32,000 nucleotides of DNA from Geotalea uraniireducens Rf4 (GTDB lineage Bacteria > Desulfobacterota > Desulfuromonadia > Geobacterales > Geobacteraceae): positions 1,020,001 to 1,052,000 of the forward strand of contig NC_009483.1 in NCBI RefSeq assembly GCF_000016745.1, given 5' to 3'. Positions 1-7,661 of this stretch are shown here, piece after piece (position 1 is the first letter of the stretch; every line of letters begins with the position of its first letter). The translations under genes and the position numbers were made by a program. The notes below the pieces were generated by a model, which was not told where the DNA came from, made no database searches, and worked only from the letters and a program-made list of their open reading frames with translations.

Positions 1-587
1 GCCTGGAACCTGCGGCGGATGTTCCGGTCATCGGCATCGTATCCCGTCTGACTGCGCAAAAGGGATTTGACCTTTTGGCAGAACTGATGCCGAAGTTTGT
101 CCGGAGCCGTTTGCAGTTGGTAATACTCGGAACTGGTGACGAGAAATATCTGAAACTTTTGCAGGATATAAAGGCGCGCGGGGCGGGCAACATTTCGGTA
201 AATATCGGCTTTCATCCGGAGCTGGCGCCGAAGATTTATGCCGGCAGCGATATCTTCCTCATGCCATCACATTACGAGCCGTGCGGTCTCGGGCAGATGA
301 TCGCACTGCGCTATGGCGCCGTTCCCCTGGTGCGAAAGACCGGTGGTCTGGCCGATACGGTCTTTGACGAGCAGGACGGGGCAACAGAACCTAATGGCTT
401 TTCTTTTGAGGACTATACGCCGGAAGCCCTGTGGGAAACGGTGTCGCGGTCGTTGCAGGCCTTTGATGATAAGGGCGCATGGAAAAAGTTGATGAAGCGC
501 GGGATGAGCTGTGATTATTCGTGGGATGCTTCTGCCCGGAGGTATGAGGAGCTGTACCGCCTCGCCCTCGCTAGAAAAGGGAGGTGA
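1..587 (+). CDS. glgA: Glycogen (starch) synthase, C-terminal part; the 5' end lies outside the window
   Basis: Frame 3 is open from nt 3. The translation (..PVIGIVSRLTAQKGFDLL.., LVILGTGD, SDIFLMPSHYEPCGLGQMIALRYGAVPLVRKTGGLADTV) matches the conserved C-terminal half of ADP-glucose glycogen synthases. Stop is TGA at 585-587. Confidence 0.85.
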   Translation, partial: LEPAADVPVIGIVSRLTAQKGFDLLAELMPKFVRSRLQLVILGTGDEKYLKLLQDIKARGAGNISVNIGFHPELAPKIYAGSDIFLMPSHYEPCGLGQMIALRYGAVPLVRKTGGLADTVFDEQDGATEPNGFSFEDYTPEALWETVSRSLQAFDDKGAWKKLMKRGMSCDYSWDASARRYEELYRLALARKGR

Positions 588-590
588 CGC

Positions 591-743
591 ATGATGGACG
601 AGAAAAACGACCTGGAACAGATTACCCAGGAAATCAGAAAGGTCATCGACAACAACAAAAAGTTTCTCGACCGTGTCTTTGATGAGGATTTCGAGTCGGA
701 AGACGAGGGGGGCGTTGAGGCAGAGGCGTTCGAGGAGTTGTAA
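591..743 (+). CDS. Small acidic hypothetical protein (50 aa), not in the ORF track
   Basis: ATG at 591 lies 4 nt after the glgA stop, with GGGAGG inside the glgA 3' end acting as an RBS. Translation is MMDEKNDLEQITQEIRKVIDNNKKFLDRVFDEDFESEDEGGVEAEAFEEL. A strong terminator follows directly. No family recognised. Confidence 0.5.
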   Translation: MMDEKNDLEQITQEIRKVIDNNKKFLDRVFDEDFESEDEGGVEAEAFEEL

Positions 744-755
744 TACGAAAAAGGC

Positions 756-801
756 AAAAAGCCGCTCGAATCAGTAAGGTGCTGATGGAGCGGCTTTTTT
801 G
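756..801 (+). terminator. Rho-independent terminator after glgA and the small ORF
   Basis: GCCGCTC(ga)ATCAG at 761-774 pairs with CTGAT(gg)GAGCGGC ending at 794, followed by TTTTTT at 795-800. An A-tract lies upstream. Confidence 0.7.
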
Positions 802-861
802 TTGCAGGATTATAATGCGGCATTGCACGATAGCATGTCTTTTTTCTCAGAGGACTCAATA

Positions 862-1053
862 ATGGCGGATATGAAAGAGGCACTCGAAATGATGAAGGAT
901 ATGGCATTGGAGCGTATTCGGATGCTGAAGGATGGAATCACGTTACATGACGATTTCAAAAGAGCTTATTATCTGCAGGAGTACGAGGCAAAGCTTTCAG
1001 AGATCAACAAGCTCATCAGGCGTCTCAAATTCAGGGTGATTCGCTTTCGATAG
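862..1053 (+). CDS. Small helical hypothetical protein (63 aa)
   Basis: ATG at 862 is preceded by AGAGGA (849-854). The track's TTG start at 799 would overlap the upstream terminator. A bidirectional terminator follows. No family recognised. Confidence 0.4.
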   Translation: MADMKEALEMMKDMALERIRMLKDGITLHDDFKRAYYLQEYEAKLSEINKLIRRLKFRVIRFR

Positions 1054-1107
1054 GCTTTTTGACGAAATTATTCTTGCCTCATCAAACTGTTTTGTGTCCA
1101 AGTGTAC

Positions 1108-1142
1108 AAAAAACCCCGGGAATTGCTTCCCGGGGTTTTTTG
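1108..1142. terminator. Bidirectional rho-independent terminator between convergent genes
   Basis: AAAAAA-CCCCGGG (1114-1120), loop aattgctt, CCCGGGG (1129-1135), then TTTTTT. It sits between the + strand small ORF and the minus-strand cytochrome gene. Confidence 0.75.
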
Positions 1143-1152
1143 TCATTAGTCG

Positions 1153-2676
1153 CTACTTTTCGTGTCTGCCGCTGCCGGGCACATCTTCGCCGCCGGCGCT
1201 ATGGCATTCGCTGCAGTTGGTCTTATATATTTCGTCGCCGATGTCGACCGGATGGACGAAATTTTTGACCTGGGGGGCTCCTGCAGGAATATTTTCCTGC
1301 TTCTGTCCCAGAACCGTGTGGCAGAGGTTGCAGTCCTTGGAAATCACTTTTCCCTGGGCTGATTTATGTTTGCCGTCGTGGCAGCGGAAGCAGCCCGGCG
1401 TATAGAAGTGGCCGATATGGTTAGGATACGTGTTCCAGGACACTTTCATCTGTGGGAAGAAATTCCTGCGGTAAATCGCCTGGACTTCTACAACGGCTTT
1501 CTTGATTGCAGCTGCCTTCTCGGCGGCAACTTTGGGGTAGTTCTTGTTGTAGTAATCCTGAATTCCGCCAGCAATGGATGTATTTGCCTCTTCCGTGGTT
1601 TTGTATGGTTTGGTGAGAAGTTCAACCGCTACTTTCTTGACGTAGGGGAGGGCGGAGTCAATGTGGCCGCTGACAAAGTTTTCATCCATCTCCTGGCTCG
1701 GCGAACGGTAGATGTGGGTCGGCCGGTTGTGGCAATCGGTGCAGTCCATGAGGCGCTTGTTCGCCTTGGCGATCTCGTCCCTGGTGAGGGGCTTTTCGGT
1801 GCTCATGTATTCGGTTATTTTGCCGTCCTTTTCTTTAACGGAAATATACGGGATGTTCAGGCGCTTTTTGTCGGTAGCGATATAGGTGACCTCGCTGCCG
1901 ATATGCCAGTGGATACCCTTTGCATGGGGCGACTTGGGCACACCGCCAATGTTGATCAGCATGTTTATTTCACGCGGGGTGTTGGCCTCATTGGGTGCAT
2001 AGTGGTAAAATACTTTCTGACGCCCGGCATAGAACTTTTCCGGCCAGTGGCAATGCTCACAAGTGTCGCGGGCCGGACGCAGATTCTCGATCGGAGTCTC
2101 AATGGTCTCGGGATAGGTATGGAAGAGAACCGCATAGAGCTGGCGCAAGCCGGATATCTTGGCTTTCACGTACCAGGCGGCGCCGGGGCCCACATGACAC
2201 TCAACGCACTTAACCTTGGCATGGGGAGAATTGCCCCAGGCGGTATGCTCCGGCTCCATCACCACGTGGCAGAGCTCGCCGCAGAAGGTGGTTGATTCCG
2301 TGAACTCAAACCCTTTGATGGAAGCGATCGAAACAATCAGGACAAAGATGATGGAGGCAAGGATGAAAAAGATGAACAGGTGCCGCCGGTGGGGAACGTT
2401 GAGATCGAGACGCGGATAGGGTGGAATCTCGACATCACCCTGTTTGCGACGTTCGTTCCTTACCCGGTAAGCACCGATCGGCACAAGCAGGAGCCCGAAA
2501 ATGAGCATGCCGGGGAACAGAAAGTAGGTCATCAACCCAAGGTACGGCTTTTCCACCCCCGTAATGAATTCAAAGGACAGAAAGGCGATAATCAGGCCGG
2601 TGGCCGTTACAGCCAGAATCATGCCGATGAGGCTGATCATGTTCCAGGCGTACCCGGCGGTTTTTCTAATTGGCAT
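1153..2676 (-). CDS. imcH: Inner-membrane multiheme c-type cytochrome, ImcH-like (NapC/NirT-related quinol oxidoreductase)
   Basis: 507 aa. Three N-terminal hydrophobic helices (about res 14-35, 46-68, 100-120). Six CXXCH motifs (CVECH, CEHCH, CTDCH, CFRCH, CNLCH, CSECH) plus one CX3CH (CGELCH). GGGAGG lies upstream of the ATG at 2676. This matches the published description of Geobacter ImcH (up to 3 TM helices, up to 7 hemes). Orthology was not verified by search. Confidence 0.75.
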   Translation of the reverse strand: MPIRKTAGYAWNMISLIGMILAVTATGLIIAFLSFEFITGVEKPYLGLMTYFLFPGMLIFGLLLVPIGAYRVRNERRKQGDVEIPPYPRLDLNVPHRRHLFIFFILASIIFVLIVSIASIKGFEFTESTTFCGELCHVVMEPEHTAWGNSPHAKVKCVECHVGPGAAWYVKAKISGLRQLYAVLFHTYPETIETPIENLRPARDTCEHCHWPEKFYAGRQKVFYHYAPNEANTPREINMLINIGGVPKSPHAKGIHWHIGSEVTYIATDKKRLNIPYISVKEKDGKITEYMSTEKPLTRDEIAKANKRLMDCTDCHNRPTHIYRSPSQEMDENFVSGHIDSALPYVKKVAVELLTKPYKTTEEANTSIAGGIQDYYNKNYPKVAAEKAAAIKKAVVEVQAIYRRNFFPQMKVSWNTYPNHIGHFYTPGCFRCHDGKHKSAQGKVISKDCNLCHTVLGQKQENIPAGAPQVKNFVHPVDIGDEIYKTNCSECHSAGGEDVPGSGRHEK

Positions 2677-2726
2677 AGTTCCTCCCTCGTTGTCTGGAGC
2701 TAAAAAATCGGATAACTCTACTATGC

Positions 2727-2737
2727 AAACACTGTTT
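2727..2737. promoter_or_regulatory. Candidate operator: perfect 11-bp palindrome AAACA-C-TGTTT
   Basis: Read directly in the imcH/tetraheme-operon divergent intergenic region. A second near-identical copy lies at 2853-2863. Confidence 0.3.
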
Positions 2738-2852
2738 TGTCAAAAAAAAGAAATTTCATTTACATATCTTAACTACGGTCATGACAAACCTTTCCGGCCG
2801 TTAACAATTTAATGAAAAAGATAGTTGCAAAGCTGTAAAAACGGCGTAAACT

Positions 2853-2863
2853 AAACAGTGTTA
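2853..2863. promoter_or_regulatory. Candidate operator, second copy: AAACA-G-TGTTa
   Basis: 10 of 11 positions are the reverse complement of the 2727-2737 site. It lies about 77 nt upstream of the GTG start of the tetraheme cytochrome gene. Confidence 0.3.
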
Positions 2864-2939
2864 TATTCCCACCCACATGCCGTGCACCTTGGGATTGCAT
2901 GGCGCCAGCCGCTTGTGCGGAGTAAAGGAGGATGAGCCT

Positions 2940-3413
2940 GTGAAGAATCATGTTTGGCGACCGCTCTATGTGGCGCTGCTTGTCGTTGCGGCAATCCTGG
3001 TACTGAGAAAAGTGCTCGTGCCTGCGGATTTCGGCGTCGGGAAACGGGGTTACATGTATGGCTGGCATCGCGCGGGTAACGAGGCGGACTGGAAGGCTGT
3101 CAAGGTCAAGTACCGCTCGGCGGAGTACTGCAAGGAATGCCACCGGGACAAGTATGACGACATCAAGGCCTCACCCCACGCAAACATCGACTGCGAAAAC
3201 TGCCACGGCCCTGCCCTGGGGCACCCCGCAGACCCGCCGACCCTGACCATCGACCGGAACCGGGAACTCTGCGCCAGGTGTCATTTCTACCTCCCTTACA
3301 AGACAAGCGGTCGGGGGAGCATCCGTGGCATAAACCCTGCCACCCATCATCCCGAGGCCGAGTGCGTCATGTGTCACTATCCGCATAATCCGAAATTGGA
3401 GGGGCGAAAATGA
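2940..3413 (+). CDS. Membrane-anchored tetraheme c-type cytochrome (NrfB/CbcS-like)
   Basis: In-frame GTG at 2940 is preceded by AAGGAGG (2925-2931). The track's ATG at 2877 has no RBS. N-terminal TM helix (LYVALLVVAAILVL). Four CXXCH motifs (CKECH, CENCH, CARCH, CVMCH). The stop overlaps the next start (ATGA at 3410-3413). Confidence 0.85.
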   Translation: MKNHVWRPLYVALLVVAAILVLRKVLVPADFGVGKRGYMYGWHRAGNEADWKAVKVKYRSAEYCKECHRDKYDDIKASPHANIDCENCHGPALGHPADPPTLTIDRNRELCARCHFYLPYKTSGRGSIRGINPATHHPEAECVMCHYPHNPKLEGRK

Positions 3414-4195
3414 TCACACGCAGAAACTTTTGCAAAAAAACCATGCTCCTGGTGGGTGGCATGGCTGTGCCGCTGGCAGCTTTAGAATTGTTCGACCCGA
3501 AAAAACTGCTGGCCGACAAATCTGACAAGGACAAGGTCCGTTGGGTCTTTCTGGTCGACACCACCAAGTGCGTCGGCTGTGGCTTCTGCGTCAAGTCCTG
3601 CAAAATTGAAAACGAAGTCCCCTATGACGCCAACGTGACGCGCACCTGGGTCGAACGTTACATCATCACCAAGGACGGGGCAACGCACATCGACTCGCCC
3701 AAGGGAGCCAGGGACGGGTTTGAAACTTCACAGATCGACCTTGGCGAGGGGAAATTCCTCGACATCAAAAAAGAGGACATCAGCAAGGCCTTTTTTGTGC
3801 CGAAACTCTGCAACCAGTGCGACAATCCGCCCTGTGTGCAGGTCTGCCCGGTCGGGGCCACCTATCAGACCGAGGATGGGGTAGTGCTTGTGGACCGATC
3901 ATGGTGCATTGGCTGCGGCTACTGCATCATGGGATGCCCTTACGGGGTACGCTTCTTCCACCCGGTCTACCGCGTGGCGGAGAAATGCAACTTCTGCTAC
4001 CACCGTATCACGAAAGGGATGAAGACCGCCTGTGTCGACGCCTGCGCCTTCGGCGCCCGTCAAATAGGCAACCTCAAGAACCCCGATGACCCGGTTACGA
4101 AGATCATCATGACCGAGCGGGTAAATGTCCTGAAGGAAGAGTACGGCACCAAGCCTCAGGTTTTTTACCTGGGGCTGACCAAGGAGGTTAAATAG
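3410..4195 (+). CDS. Tat-exported 4Fe-4S ferredoxin subunit, NrfC/PsrB/HybA family
   Basis: Twin-arginine signal MITRRNFCKK. Cysteine clusters CVGCGFCVKSC, CNQCDNPPCVQVCP, CIGCGYCIMGCP and CNFCYHR..C..AC are typical of the four-cluster FeS subunit of CISM-type modules. Confidence 0.9.
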   Translation: MITRRNFCKKTMLLVGGMAVPLAALELFDPKKLLADKSDKDKVRWVFLVDTTKCVGCGFCVKSCKIENEVPYDANVTRTWVERYIITKDGATHIDSPKGARDGFETSQIDLGEGKFLDIKKEDISKAFFVPKLCNQCDNPPCVQVCPVGATYQTEDGVVLVDRSWCIGCGYCIMGCPYGVRFFHPVYRVAEKCNFCYHRITKGMKTACVDACAFGARQIGNLKNPDDPVTKIIMTERVNVLKEEYGTKPQVFYLGLTKEVK

Positions 4196-4197
4196 CC

Positions 4198-5445
4198 ATG
4201 GTACACGGAGAATTATGGACTGTTAAAGAACTGTTCGTCTATCCGAATGAATACATCTACTGGACTATCCAGATTGTCATGTACCCGTTCATGACCGGTC
4301 TGGTGGCCGGCGCCTTCGTGCTCTCCTCTCTCTACCACGTATTTGGCGTGACACAACTGAAAGGTATCGCCAGGTTCTCCCTGGTATTCTCCTTTGCCCT
4401 GCTGCCGGTGGCAATGCTGCCGCTCATGCTCCATTTGCTGCAACCGCAGCGAGGGATCGAGGTCATGATGACCCCCCACTTCACTTCGGCCATCGCTGCC
4501 TTCGGCATTGTCTTTTCCACCTACGGCATGATCGTCGCCTCGGAACTCTGGTTTGTCTACCGCAAGCACTTTGTGGAAACTGCCATGGAACTTCGCCAAC
4601 TCGGCGACCGGACCTTTAGCCAGCACCTCAGGCATCTCCTCTTCTCAGCCCTGACCCTGGGGGCCATGGATATCAGCGAGCACGCCCTGGAAAAGGATGA
4701 AAAGGCGGTCAAGATTCTGGCCGGCATCGGTATCCCGGTAGCCTGTTTTCTCCATGGCTACGCCGGTTTCATCTTCGGCTCGGTCAAGGCCAACGCCCTC
4801 TGGATGACCCCGCTCATGCCGGTTATTTTTATCTGCTCCGCGGTTGTGTCGGGGATTGCCCTCTGCATGCTCACCTACATCGTTACCATGGAGGCACGCA
4901 AGCTTATTGCCGCCTGGAAAAGGAAGCAGTACCCGGAGCTTCCATCTCCGGAAGAACTGAAGAGTGCGGAAGTCCACGTGGTAACCATGACAGCCAAGTA
5001 CCTGATCATGTTCCTGATCCTGGCCATCACCCTGGAACTCCTCGACCTGATCTTCCGCGGCTACACGGCGGTCAAGTCCTGGGACATCCTGCGCAGCGTC
5101 ATCTACGGCAGGGACTTCGTAAATATCTTTGTCATCCAGTATGGCATGGGGAACCTCGTCCCCTTCATCATCTTTCTCCTCCCCCGTCTCACCATCAAAC
5201 GGGCCGTGGCCGGCACCCTCATGGTGCTGCTCGGGGTCTTCATGATGCGCTGGAACGTGGTCATTGGCGGTCAGGCATTCTCTTCGTCGTTCGCCGGTTT
5301 CATGCATTACCACCTCCCCATCTGGCCCCATGACATGGAAACCTTCAAGGAGGGGCTTTTCGGCGCACTGACCGTCATCGTCACCCCCTTTATCCTGTTC
5401 TGGTTCCTCGACAAGGTTATGCCGGTTTTCAAGGAGACCCATTGA
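4198..5445 (+). CDS. NrfD/PsrC-like polytopic membrane quinone-interacting subunit
   Basis: 415 aa with many hydrophobic segments. AAGGAGG RBS. It sits immediately after the NrfC-like gene, which is the canonical NrfCD/PsrBC order. Confidence 0.85.
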   Translation: MVHGELWTVKELFVYPNEYIYWTIQIVMYPFMTGLVAGAFVLSSLYHVFGVTQLKGIARFSLVFSFALLPVAMLPLMLHLLQPQRGIEVMMTPHFTSAIAAFGIVFSTYGMIVASELWFVYRKHFVETAMELRQLGDRTFSQHLRHLLFSALTLGAMDISEHALEKDEKAVKILAGIGIPVACFLHGYAGFIFGSVKANALWMTPLMPVIFICSAVVSGIALCMLTYIVTMEARKLIAAWKRKQYPELPSPEELKSAEVHVVTMTAKYLIMFLILAITLELLDLIFRGYTAVKSWDILRSVIYGRDFVNIFVIQYGMGNLVPFIIFLLPRLTIKRAVAGTLMVLLGVFMMRWNVVIGGQAFSSSFAGFMHYHLPIWPHDMETFKEGLFGALTVIVTPFILFWFLDKVMPVFKETH

Positions 5446-5472
5446 CCGACGGCACCTTCCCCCGGTTACCCG

Positions 5473-5507
5473 GCGGGAGGCCCTATTTATACAGCAGGGC
5501 CTCCCGC
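5473..5507 (+). other. Perfect 12-bp GC-rich stem-loop without a U-tract
   Basis: GCGGGAGGCCCT (5473-5484), 11-nt loop, AGGGCCTCCCGC (5496-5507). Located between the nrfD-like stop and the next gene. Confidence 0.5.
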
Positions 5508-5590
5508 AGACCCACGTCTATGCAATGGCATGAGCAGAAGTGAGTCGGGCAGGTACTTTCCGTGACCCGACCGCAGCAGAGGAGGGATTC

Positions 5591-7432
5591 ATGGCAACAG
5601 ATGCATCATCCCTGGAATGTCGGATCGAACAGCTCACCGCTCAAATGCAGGCGCTCACCGAACGGGTAGAACAGCTTGCGGCACTGCTCGACATGCCTGA
5701 GGCTGTCATTCCGGCAACAACGCCCCTCCAATCTCTCCCGCGCCCCACCCTGCAGCCTGCCGAACCCACCCCCCCTGCCGAGGAGTTCCCCCTCGGCGAA
5801 CCAGAGGATGTCTCGGAAGAAATCCTCACCTGGGCTGGTCGGGCTTACTTCCTCACCCGCCTCTCCACCCTCTGCTTCCTCCTCGTGGTTGCGCTGATCC
5901 TGCGCACGGTAACCGACAACAACCTCATCAACACCCTGGCAGGTTCCATCCTGGGGATGAGCTACGCTGCCGTACTGATGCTGTTCGGCGGCTATAAATA
6001 TGAGAAGAAAAGTCCTTTGGCGCCGGTGTTCTCCGCCTGCGGCGCGGTATTGATGAGTACCATTGTGGTGGAAACCCATAGCCGTTTCGCGTCGCTCCCC
6101 CTGGTCCCCGCCTATTTCACCCTGATGTTGACCGGCATGGGCATGGCATTTGTCAGCTACCGCTACAAGGCCCTGCTCCCCATTTCACTAGGGACTCTCG
6201 GCATGTGCCTGGCAGGGGCGGCGATCGACTATCCGCGCCCGTTCTTTCCCTATTTGGCCATGGTACTCCTGACCGCCAACATCCTCGGTTATTTTGCCGC
6301 CCAATTAAAACGCTGCTCCTGGCTCCGCTGGATAATTCTCATTGTCACCATGGTCATGCTCCACCTGTGGGCCTTCCGTCTGGGGATGGCCCTCCTGCGC
6401 AAGGAAACACCCCCTCCGGAGCTGGCCATGCCGTGGTTTCTCCCCGTCCTCGCTGTTTTTGCTGCGGTCTACCTGACACTCGCTTGCCTCGGGATCGTAA
6501 GGAGCGGTAGCGAACGGATTTCCCGGTTCGACTTCAGCCTCCCCACCCTTAATGCAGCCTGGGCTTTTAGCGCTGCCTTCTATGTGGTTAACGCAGGAGG
6601 AATGAGCAAGTTTCTGCTCGGCGGAATTGGCATAGCGGCAGCGATTGGCCACCTGGGGATGACCTTCTGGCTGGCTGACCGGAAGATGCCCGGAGCTCCC
6701 GGCACGAACTCCTTTGCCTTTGCCGGAATTGCACTGCTGGCCCTTGCGCTCCCCGTCGCAACCGGCAATTTCGTACTTTCGCTGCCGGCAATGTCCGTGG
6801 TAGCGTTCTTCATGTCCATTCTGTCACGGAAATGGCAAAACGGGGGAGTCCGCGCCACCATGTACCTGGCTGAGATCTATGCATGCCTGGCACTGGCGGC
6901 GTCACTCCAGGGGCAGAGTCCGAACGGATCGGATGTCGTCAATATCATTCCGGCCGGACTACTGGCCGTCATTTGCCTGCTCCATTACCAGTGGTGCCGA
7001 GAGTGGCCGCCACCCGCCACCTCGACTGTTTTTTCACGGTTCGACAGACACGACACGAGTGCCGTGGCCCTTCTGCTCGGCTCGCTGGCCAGTGCCTTCT
7101 TCATGGTGAGGATAATTATCAACCAGACCCTTGCCATCTATTTCGCCGCAGGTGACACAACAGGCATTTTCCGCTGCAGCCAGTCCGTTCTAATCAATGC
7201 CGCCGCCGCAGGAATCATGCTGTTTGCGTTTATCCGCAAGAACAAGGAACTGCGCAACGTCTCCATTCTCGTCACGGTTATCGGCGGGATCAAAGTCTTC
7301 CTCTACGACCTCCTCGGCACCCATGGCGTACCGCTCGTCATCAGCGTCTTTACCTTCGGCCTGGCGGCTGCGCTCGAATCGGTGGCTCTGGGGCGCTGGC
7401 AACAAATCAAAAGGGAGCCCCCCGCGGTGTAA
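5591..7432 (+). CDS. Large polytopic membrane protein, DUF2339-like (N-terminal coiled coil, Pro-rich linker, at least 15 TM segments)
   Basis: ATG at 5591 is preceded by GAGGAGGG. The track's GTG at 5540 has no RBS. N-terminus is LECRIEQLTAQMQALTERVEQLAALLD, then a Pro-rich stretch, then continuous hydrophobic helices. The family name is from memory, not searched. Confidence 0.7.
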   Translation: MATDASSLECRIEQLTAQMQALTERVEQLAALLDMPEAVIPATTPLQSLPRPTLQPAEPTPPAEEFPLGEPEDVSEEILTWAGRAYFLTRLSTLCFLLVVALILRTVTDNNLINTLAGSILGMSYAAVLMLFGGYKYEKKSPLAPVFSACGAVLMSTIVVETHSRFASLPLVPAYFTLMLTGMGMAFVSYRYKALLPISLGTLGMCLAGAAIDYPRPFFPYLAMVLLTANILGYFAAQLKRCSWLRWIILIVTMVMLHLWAFRLGMALLRKETPPPELAMPWFLPVLAVFAAVYLTLACLGIVRSGSERISRFDFSLPTLNAAWAFSAAFYVVNAGGMSKFLLGGIGIAAAIGHLGMTFWLADRKMPGAPGTNSFAFAGIALLALALPVATGNFVLSLPAMSVVAFFMSILSRKWQNGGVRATMYLAEIYACLALAASLQGQSPNGSDVVNIIPAGLLAVICLLHYQWCREWPPPATSTVFSRFDRHDTSAVALLLGSLASAFFMVRIIINQTLAIYFAAGDTTGIFRCSQSVLINAAAAGIMLFAFIRKNKELRNVSILVTVIGGIKVFLYDLLGTHGVPLVISVFTFGLAAALESVALGRWQQIKREPPAV

Positions 7433-7520
7433 ACCATGCGGCGCCCACCCGGCGCCTGACTATTACCCCCTCATGTACCTGAAGCGCCTGAAAGTTAAGA
7501 GAGAATCATTATGGTGGCAA

Positions 7521-7549
7521 TTGACAATTACCCCGGCATCTGCTAGCTT
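7521..7549 (+). promoter_or_regulatory. Candidate sigma-70 promoter for the aminotransferase gene
   Basis: TTGACA (7521-7526), 17-nt spacer, TAGCTT (7544-7549). This would give a leader of about 110 nt. Confidence 0.3.
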
Positions 7550-7661
7550 TAACAAAGCTCGGTACTGCCGAAACCTTCATCCACGGCCGCTTAGACCTGC
7601 TGCCGTCCCCCTCCACCGCAGACCGATATCAATTCTCAACTGTAGCTACGGAGCCAGCAAC

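Noticed and set aside
1366-2295. 309-aa ORF on the + strand
   Set aside because: It lies entirely antisense to the ImcH-like cytochrome gene, whose heme motifs make it unambiguous. Its Gly/Arg/Val-rich composition is typical of shadow frames in GC-rich DNA, and it has no RBS.
4645-5442. 265-aa ORF on the minus strand
   Set aside because: It is a shadow frame antisense to the nrfD-like gene. It is Asp/Gly/Glu/His-rich with low complexity, has no RBS and matches no family.
7197-7661. N-terminal 155-codon extension of the aminotransferase ORF (the track gives a 512-aa ORF)
   Set aside because: The extension overlaps the end of the preceding membrane-protein gene, is Ser/Arg/Pro-rich, and precedes the recognisable class V aminotransferase N-terminus (MSKKLFIPGP) at 7662.
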